Positions 55,724 through 64,000 of a DNA stretch of 64,000 bases are shown here, in pieces. The translations under genes and the position numbers were made by a program. Position 1 is the stretch's first letter, and every line of letters begins with the position of its first letter. The notes beneath the pieces were generated by a model that was not told the DNA's origin, made no database searches, and was given only the letters and a program-made list of their open reading frames with translations. Source of the DNA: Balanoglossus misakiensis (Eukaryota > Animalia > Hemichordata); the NCBI GenBank assembly GCA_040954595.2, contig CM082576.2, positions 13,271,129 through 13,335,128 on the forward strand, in the 5' to 3' direction.

Positions 55724-55924
55724 CTGTAAACGGGGAAATTGTTTGCCTCTTGCAATTGTTTGCAAGAGGCAACTGTTAGGCGCGACGATTAATTTTCACG
55801 TTCTCGTATTTCACTTACTGCATCGTTCGTTATCTCCGAAAAATATTTTTATGCAAATTTTTATTTTTGTAGGGTTTTTTTTTTTGGCTCTCGCAAAGTT
55901 CGCGAAAAATTTCCCGTTTTACAG
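55724..55924. mobile_element. TA-flanked MITE (Tc1/mariner-pogo type) in the CEP170 3' region
   Basis: TA|CTGTAAACGGGGAAATT...AATTTCCCGTTTTACAG|TA. Confidence 0.7.
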
Positions 55925-57555
55925 TATGCGAAACAAGTGTCATGATAATCATTAAACTGTGTTTGTGTCATTCCGTTGGCTCAGCAGTGGTGTGTTTTTA
56001 TTTACAAGCCAAATTTGTTTACAATCAGTTTTAATGCACTGTCTATATCAGCAAGGTGTTCACCATGACACGACCATAGATTTGTTTGTGGCCTGAAATA
56101 AAATGTTGCTTGCCCACTTCATGATACAGCTGATTTGCTCAGATCCCATATTCAAATTTTGTTTCAGGTTGTGAGAAATAAATGTTGACTTCTTGGTATT
56201 TAGTTTTCCACTGAACGAACCAGTGTGATCCACCAGATCAAATTTCAGGGGAGAAGTTAAATTTAAGTAAAACATATCTTCTTGCCAATGTTCCATGGGA
56301 TTAATTAAAACATTTTTTATCCGTTAATATTTAGAATGAAGTGTTAATTGCTCACAGGATTCTGCAGAAGCCTTGACCAAAACGTTTATATCGTGTAGTT
56401 GTCATCATGCTTTTTGAATAATTTGACTTGCAAAATTAATGCCTAATAATAGTTTAGATTCATTTCTCAAATGACCAAAACCTGTATGATAGTGCCAAGA
56501 TTATGCATAATCTGTATGCGTTTCAACATTTTATTTGTGTAAAGTTTTGCCTCAGAGTTTCAGTTACTTCACTGCATTTACGCCTTTTTCTGTAAAAAGT
56601 TTCAGTACTGATACAATAACGTATTTAATAGTCAATTCAAACGGCATGCATTAACCAACATGTTAACTTAAAATGTAAGTTGTCTTTATTTTATTGTACA
56701 TGTATTTATTTTTGTTTTGCTTTGTTTTTATTAATGTGTTTGATCACAAACGATGGGACTTGAGAATTGCGGTCAGGAACTCTGGCAGAAATTGATCCAG
56801 GGCCAAATTAGTGACCAATGAACTTTTATAGCTTACTGGCAGTGTATGTTTGAACAATCTTACTTTTTTCAGATACCAAGAGACTTCCATAATTTATTTA
56901 GTTTGAACATTTTTTTTATTCAGTGATAAATTTTGCTGCACACTTTAAGATTGCATATGAAAAGACACAACTAATCTTTCAATAAAAAAGACACCAATAT
57001 TGAATCTGTATTCTAATGCAGGCCACAAATCTATTCTAACTTTCTATTAGCATTTTTTCAGTTTAAAAAACGAAATTTAAACGAAAAGGGGAAACTAAAT
57101 TAATCCAGTGTTACAATGCTCACATTTCGATATGAACCATTGTGCAAATTCCAGTCTGTAGAGTTCAAGGAAGTGGCAAGTGGATTGTACGATTGTAAAA
57201 CCAGCCTTTCCCGGTGTATTCACAATTTGGCCAGTAAAAAAAGAATATAGAAGAATCGAGAGCAGAGGACTGGGCATATCTCCACATGTGATTTTTATCA
57301 CATTGATATAGATGCTGATTCACGTTGTTACTTTCAAGCCGTTTGTTCTTCAGTTTGCGACCAGAACAATGCTTTTCTGTGGCGTACAACTTTAGTGAAA
57401 TACAGAGCATAATTTGGGCACGTTTTCTTGAACGCGAGTGTGTGACAACTAACATGTTCAGCCTTTGTTTTATACAGCCAAGAAGTGCCAGAAAATCAAT
57501 GAAATCACGTTGTAGACTATTAATATCACACTGGGTAACTCTTTATGCACTTTGA

Positions 57556-57640
57556 CCCTTTCACCACCATGGTTCAGTCCAAACCCATTGTTTTCTATGG
57601 TAAGTTTGGACCTCTGAAGAGGGACCTGGGGGTGAAAGGG
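57556..57640. mobile_element. Degenerate short piggyBac-type MITE
   Basis: TTGA|CCCTTTCACCACCA...TGGGGGTGAAAGGG|TCAG; the flanks look like a decayed TTAA TSD. Confidence 0.55.
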
Positions 57641-59284
57641 TCAGGGTCAAGTTTTGATTTCATTGTTGTAGAGATTCTGTTTCACCTCCCTGGTAATACC
57701 AGCCTTTATAAAGAAACATGTATTTGAAAAACAGTTCACTATTCCCAAATGCCTAATCATTCATCAAATTTCTGAACACACACAAAGGGACCCCCATCAT
57801 TATTCTTTGCAATAACATTTGGATACAGACAGCCCAAGAATTTTGGCAAGTCTCTTCTGAAGAACTAAACTGTAATATTATGACGATAGTAACAATTTGA
57901 AAATGCATTCCTTATCCTGAATAATATATATAACACTGATAACCATACCACCCCCAATAATCCACACAGAATGGTATAGTCCTGTAGGAAAGCTGGGGTG
58001 AGATCAGGTTAATATACGTATAATGGTGGGTGTAACTAGGTGCTATTTGAACCATCACAGATAAGTTATTTACAGACATTTTTTGTATACTGAATGACAG
58101 TAGCTTTTTCCCCTTCTAGCCATGTAACCAACCATTGATGCTTTAAGTGGTGTTTTTATGCTGCTTTCTACAACTCCAAATGATAATATATGTGTTTATT
58201 GTAAAGTTTCACGACTCTGGTTCTTTTATTTGTGTGTTAGATGTGTGTTTTGTTTAATAAAACATAGGAACATCAGCCTTCTCAGCCAAGGAGTAGACTG
58301 AAATTTGTTTGTCTGCATCTATGGGAATTTAACAGATTGGGTTCTATCTATAGAATTTACCTGCAGAGGCTATTACATGTACTCGTGATTTGCATATATA
58401 TATATACTGGCACTTTCAATGACTGAGCTGGATGAACCCAGTCTGAGTGAGCTAGGTGGAAATTTTGTAGATAATCTCACACTAAGCACTGGTTGGTAGA
58501 ACTTATGTCTTGACAACTTCCTTATTTCAAGTACAAGAAACACAACAAAAATACTTGTGAATGGCAATGTCATTTTATTGAAAAATAAATTTTTGACAAA
58601 TGCAAAATAAGTTCTGAAAGTTGGCAAACATTGATAATATTTTCTCATGATACCCTAAATTAGTATATCGTAAGCACTGAAAATGTCACATTTACAATTG
58701 CCATTCATAATTCTAGACTTCAAAATTGTATGAATGCATGCTCCTTTTTTACATGTGTTGCAGCAAAGAGACATTCTATCATTATTTTACATCTTTTTTC
58801 TTTCATGCTACACTGTACATTTCTAGAATAACATCTCGCTTGCAAATCTCAGAAAAAGTTGATTACAGTCAAAGTCTGCATCATACCTGTGTACACCTAT
58901 CCTTCCTTTACATATGCTGCATGAACATCACATTGCAAAAATCTAATATACAATTCTGTATACAGAGTACAATGTTCCGTTCAAAAACTTTCAGCATCTT
59001 CTAAACTTGGACCCCCAATATAAGCCATCTTTGAGTCGACTCATTTCACATTGGAAAAGCCATAACCAGTTTTATTTCTTGTTAGAAAATAACCATTTCA
59101 TGTCTTTTATCTCGGACAACTATTGTACCATATATTGCTGTCTGATGTTCCATCCAGCCAGTCCAAGCATGGCGCACAGTGGCACTGTTTTTCTGGATCC
59201 ACAGGAAACAGTTTACATTTGATGCTGCTCTCTCAGCTGCCACAATAGAAACCCTGATGTGTGATGATGGTTCAGCATGTAGTT

Positions 59285-62106
59285 TTACGATGAACAATTG
59301 ACACATAGATGTCTCTCGTATCTATCTTCATAACTGGAACAAAATTAGTATTATTAGAAAGTGATTCACACATCATCACAGCAATGACACAAGTACATCA
59401 AATAGTAAAATCACTGCTAAAAGATTTCATGACCAGTAAGTTCCAAAAATGTCCAAGACTTATCAATATTGTGTCATGGAATTTTTAGAATATATACAAA
59501 AAAGTGCAAGTTTGATATATGCTGTTCACTTTGTCCACACTGATTTGCCCTTGAACTAATCTTTGAACTATGCATATAGTCTCCGTCACTCAGGACTACA
59601 ACAAGAAAATTTGAAAATGCCAGGATGTAAAGGTCGTGCAAAGGTCATGAAAAGCACCATTTGAATTACTTACTTTGTTACCACGCAGAATAGACAAAAT
59701 TGTCCCGCACACTCATCACACTGTTGTTGGCATCGTCTACAGATTGGTTTCTCACAGTACTGACATGGTGAAACGCTGCTACAGCAAACTTGTCTGCATT
59801 GTGTACACATTTTGCCGATGGTCACCGCACTGTCATTGACTTTTTCTGAATACGTACGAAAGATACATAAAACACCTTTAGATTGAATATGTAGTGTTCC
59901 ATGTTTTTAACTTTTGTCTTGCAATACTTGGTTATTATAGTGTATGAGCAATGCCAAGACATCCAAAATAGTTTTCAGTAGGAAAATGCCAATGGTACTT
60001 GACAAGGTGGCATGTAACACTCCTTGCCAGGAAGAGAATTATAAATACAGAAATGAGCGGATGAAACTGTTTAGCCTTACTTTCAGGAGAGCCTGGCGGT
60101 ACTGGTACAATCTGACCCTGAGCGTTGAGAATAGTTTGTCCATGTGGTAAGTGTGTAACTGGATGTGATGAACCATTGCAAACACCATCAAGATTTGGAA
60201 CTGCACCGTTACTTCTCGCAGGTGAATTCGCACTCGCACTGAACAGCAGTGAATGTGTTTTTGCTGTGGAAAAAATATCAACAAAGTTACCGAAAGCACA
60301 TCAACATTAAAATGCATTAACTGACGGTGTGGTTAATTTAAGCATTTATGCAAGGTCCCTGGATCGTGACCTTTATTACCATTATCATTTCTATTGCTAC
60401 GCATTACTCATAATGACATTTTTGGTAATGTCTTGTTGGTGGTGTAGTGAGAAGTGACAATGACAGCTGTGATTGTTATGATGATAACGATGGTGGTTGT
60501 GGTGGTGGTGGTGGTGGTAGTGATGATGATGATGATGATGATGATGTGATGATGACGATACAAACTATTGTGTATGAATGATTTCCACAGCATACACATG
60601 CATTCTCAAACCATGGATGAAGGTATGAACTCTAAGGCAGCGAAACTGATACACATATGTACCGTTTTCTTTTGGATTATCAAAACAGATACTGGTATAT
60701 TTCTTCACGAATGACAGAAGCCACAAGAGTAACTGAGTTTGAACAGTAACTCACAGTAAACATGGCCTGGTTTGACATACCATGGACGTAAAAAGAGAAG
60801 GACTTAGGACTGCCGCTTAAGCCCATTCACACCTATTGTATTCGCTTTGTCTACGCTGTCCTTTGACGTCGGGTGACCGTTGCCGGTGTCAACGTACGCA
60901 GTGACACACCCCCTCGGGTGCTCTCAGCAGTACTCATGAAAACTTGCTGTTTAAGTCACACAGAAGTGGTAAATTACTGTAAAATTATCACCATTTTTTC
61001 GTCTCGATGTAACGGACATAAAGAAGTGAAAACAGAAAAAATCGACGCATATTTGACCAAATGGCGAACCGGTCTTTATAAGCATGCTAAAAAAACAAGA
61101 CATTTTAAAATCACTCTCACTTTAAAAGTTCAAGGGTCCTACGTCTAATTTTTGCATTTAAGAGGAGACGAAGCAATAAACTTTCAGAAAATGTGCGTCT
61201 TATATGCAGGAGCACATGGCCATTTTCGCTATCCACGTTCGGGTTTTGCCAATTTTCGCGAAGTGCGGTTACTCTATCGCCATAGGATTACACGTAAACC
61301 ATCAAAGCATTTTCAAAAACAAGACATTTTAAAATCACTCTCACGTTAAAAGTACAAGGGTCCTACGTCTAATTTTTGCAGTAAAGTGGAGACGAAGCAA
61401 TAAACTTTCAGAAAATGTGCGTCTTATAGGCAGAAGCACATGGCCATTTTCGTTATCCACGTTCGGATTTTGCCATTTTTCGCGATGTGCGGTTACTTTA
61501 TCGCCATAGGATTACACGTTAAATGATCGCGTCCACAATCGTCGACTTCGAGTGGAATTGCCGGTAAACCAAACGGTGCCTACAATATCTGTTCGATCGG
61601 CATAAAACCTTAAATGTATGTTGTAATTTGTGGACTACATAACAAGAGCTACCAGCTTGGCCAAAGATGCAATTCATGTTTTTTTCAGCGTAGATTTGGT
61701 GCATACGGGCCAAATCTCCTCGATGGTTCAAAGTCAAAGGTCACGCACATGCGCATTCCATGCAGCCTGGTGTTTATAAACAGACGGAAACACCCGAACA
61801 GTACCAAATATACTACCCGAACCCACTCTTGAATAAATTACGGAAGTAATCGGATTAAAGTATTACGGAGTATTAGGCGATAACGGAGCGGCGGCAACGA
61901 TCACCTGAACAATAGCTCAAAGGACAGTCCGAAGTCCTTCTCTTTTTACGTCCATGGACATACGCAGTGTGATTACACGTAGCAGCACACTTACCATAAA
62001 CGGCTTTCATATTTTCCTCCTTCGATTCATTCATTTGCTTTATCCCAATATGAGTTTTTAGTTGTAACGGAGAACCGAACTCTGGAGAACGCGATCTTTT
62101 CGGCAT
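59285..62106 (-). CDS. SIVA1: Apoptosis regulatory protein Siva, ~171 aa
   Basis: Exons 62106-61995, 60263-60081, 59845-59674 and 59333-59285. Translation: MPKRSRSPEFGSPLQLKTHIG...VYAKTHSLLF...GQTILNAQGQIV...CTQC..CQYCEKPICRRCQQQCDECAGQFCLFC..NYEDRYERHLCVNCSS. Matches the recalled SIVA1 N-terminus (MPKRS..PLQLK) and C-terminal zinc fingers. Confidence 0.92.
60470..60556. repeat. Trinucleotide microsatellite (GGT)n(GAT)n
   Basis: Read directly; lies in SIVA1 intron 1. Confidence 0.9.
61096..61518. repeat. Tandem duplication with ~224-bp period (about 1.9 copies)
   Basis: CAAGACATTTTAAAATCACTCTCAC...GGATTACACGT begins at 61096 and again at 61320. Confidence 0.9.
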
Positions 62107-62234
62107 TTTGTGCTATCCCAGCGGTTTTACAAACGCTTCCTGGCAGCTGCGTTTTTTAAAAACCAGCGCCCTCAACTTTCCCGCGGTTAGAATTGAGGAA
62201 ATGTCGTGAAAACAAACAAACAAGTTTAAAAGTA
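62107..62234. promoter_or_regulatory. Very compact bidirectional promoter of SIVA1 and CDAN1 with an E2F-type site
   Basis: 128 bp between divergent ATGs; TTTCCCGC at 62177-62184; TTTAAA (CHR-like) at 62155 and 62225. Confidence 0.65.
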
Positions 62235-64000
62235 ATGGCGGCTGTGGTGGAATCGGTGTTTCAAGGCAAAACTTGTTCTAACCATGTCCTGTCGTGGTTG
62301 ACAGGACGACATGATAAGGTAAAGTCTGTGTATCCAGACATACAATGATTATACAATAGCGTGGACATAGTTAGATCTGTTTTAACATGATCGCCGTAAA
62401 ATGCATTACATGCAAAGCTTGAGGCTTGATCGTTGCCACATTTCACCTTCTTCCGTGATCAGGTCATGTGAGAGAGAAATGTTGATATCAGCTGGTAACA
62501 CCACACACTGACACAGCGATGTTGCATGTACGCAGATCCAGGTCAGATGTTGTGCATGGCCAGCTTGTACATGTTTGATCTTCATCGCCAGTTGAATTTA
62601 ATTGTACAACCTAAATGTCTGATGGACTGTAAGCCAACCAAATAGACAAAAAATCAGAACTATACTGTAATACATGATCATGGTCAGGTGAAGTGGTTGG
62701 CGTCCGGTCCTTAGGATTTTACCTCCAGAAATACTTCAAGCCAAGATGGGGGGCTAGGGGGTACAAAAAGAAATGCACAGCAGAGTACATGACAAAGCGG
62801 ATTCTTTTCACAAAGATATATACACATTACAGAGTCCATCACCAATATCAGCCATTCACTCATTACCGGTTTCATGGAAAAATGGGGGAGTGTGGGGGGG
62901 GGGGGGCATGTTACAAATCAGCCAGATCATACAGGGTACTGGTATTCATTATCTTTGGAAAATAGAAACTATTCCTCTTGAAATGTTTTTTTTTTCATAA
63001 TTGTATGGTGATATTTGAATGGATTAGAAAACATGCCGTTTGTGCGATTAGTACATGCATTTATGTATTTCCTGACCGGACATTTCTTTCTTTACATTTC
63101 AGGAGTATGCGGCTCAATATGAGCTTTTAAATGATGGAAACCTGAAGGCGGATTTTATACCATATTTGTTGAATTATTTAAGAGAACAGAGCACCCCCTT
63201 GATAACACTGTCTCAGAATTCAGGAACATCGCCTGTTAAAACCCCACGCTCACTCAGCAGGAGTAACTCCAGTAATTCTATCAAGAATGATAACTCTGCT
63301 ACAAAAGGCTCAAACAGGGTCAAGCTGTTTACAAGCCCAGGTGTTGCAGCTACCGACAGTGTTATCAGCCAGCCTGCCGGTACTTCACAGTCGAGCACAA
63401 ATGAAGTCAGTCCATATCGTGAACTGTTAACGACTCCAGGTTCGTGGTGTTCTGGTGTCAGTCCACTCCGTCAGACCACTCCGAGGTCCTGCAAGTCTGC
63501 GGAATCCTCCCCTCATGCTTATTCCCCGTACAGTCCGTACTTTGAAGGAACGAATCACCACATTTTTCACCCGCCAGGACAAAAGGCAACTCACAGAGGC
63601 AGCAACAGTATTCACAGTCACAACAACGTGTCTCCCGAAATACTACAGTCGAAGGGACACAAGAAGAAAAGCGCCACCAACAGTCACCATGACGACAAAC
63701 ACAGGACTCATCACCATGACGACAAACACAGGACTCACCACCACGACGACAAACACAGAACTCATCACCATGACGACAAACACAGAACTCATCACCACCA
63801 GTATCAGCCGTCGCCTGGAACCCGGAGAAAATCGGGAAACAAGAGGAGAAGCAATCCGGACCACAAGGACAGAATAAGAGAAATGTTCACCGAGAACAGA
63901 CCTGTCCCCAGCTTGCAGTTGGACAATTTGGAAGACTTCCCACCCATAGGTGCTCAACCGACACCCGCCAAAGCCACAGCCACCAGAAGAATCAAACCCA
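62235..64000 (+). CDS. CDAN1: Codanin-1, 5' part; continues beyond window end
   Basis: Exon 62235-62318 (MAAVVESVFQGK...VLSWL) spliced to 63103->64000, which is open to the window end: LKADFIPYLLNYLREQS...SPVKTP...LDNLEDFPPIG...RRIKP. Matches recalled codanin-1 motifs MAAVLESLL, EFVPFLLNFLREQS, LEEFPP and the ASF1-binding RRINP. Confidence 0.92.
63685..63798 (+). repeat. 27-bp coding minisatellite, (HHDDKHRTH)x4, within CDAN1
   Basis: CACCATGACGACAAACACAG.ACTCA. repeated at 63685, 63712, 63739 and 63766. Confidence 0.95.

Noticed and set aside
63455-63957. Thr-rich (+) and Val-rich (-) repeat ORFs
   Set aside because: Alternative frames of the CDAN1 27-bp repeat; the real frame carries codanin motifs on both sides.

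Overview
Intron-rich animal genomic DNA. It looks like a marine invertebrate, plausibly a non-vertebrate deuterostome, but the species cannot be determined from this window. I assembled eight protein-coding genes by hand with consistent splice phases. On the minus strand: the 5' part of NEPRO/RMP64; an ENPP-family ectophosphodiesterase with an apparent 2-nt frameshift; a coiled-coil + ZU5-like + death-domain protein; a GluR0-like channel combining a split ligand-binding domain with an intact K+ filter (TTVGYGD); SDCCAG8; and SIVA1. On the plus strand: CEP170 (head-to-head with SDCCAG8, with an AT-AC minor intron) and the 5' part of CDAN1 (head-to-head with SIVA1, 128 bp between the ATGs). Non-coding DNA holds several non-autonomous DNA transposons (9-bp-TSD, Harbinger-, Kolobok-, piggyBac- and TA-TSD-type MITEs, plus Helentron/DINE-like elements), tandem repeats and microsatellites. 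The highlights are the GluR0-like channel, the unusual death-domain protein and the SDCCAG8-CEP170-SIVA1 microsynteny. Gene identities rest on recalled motif similarity; no database searches were run.
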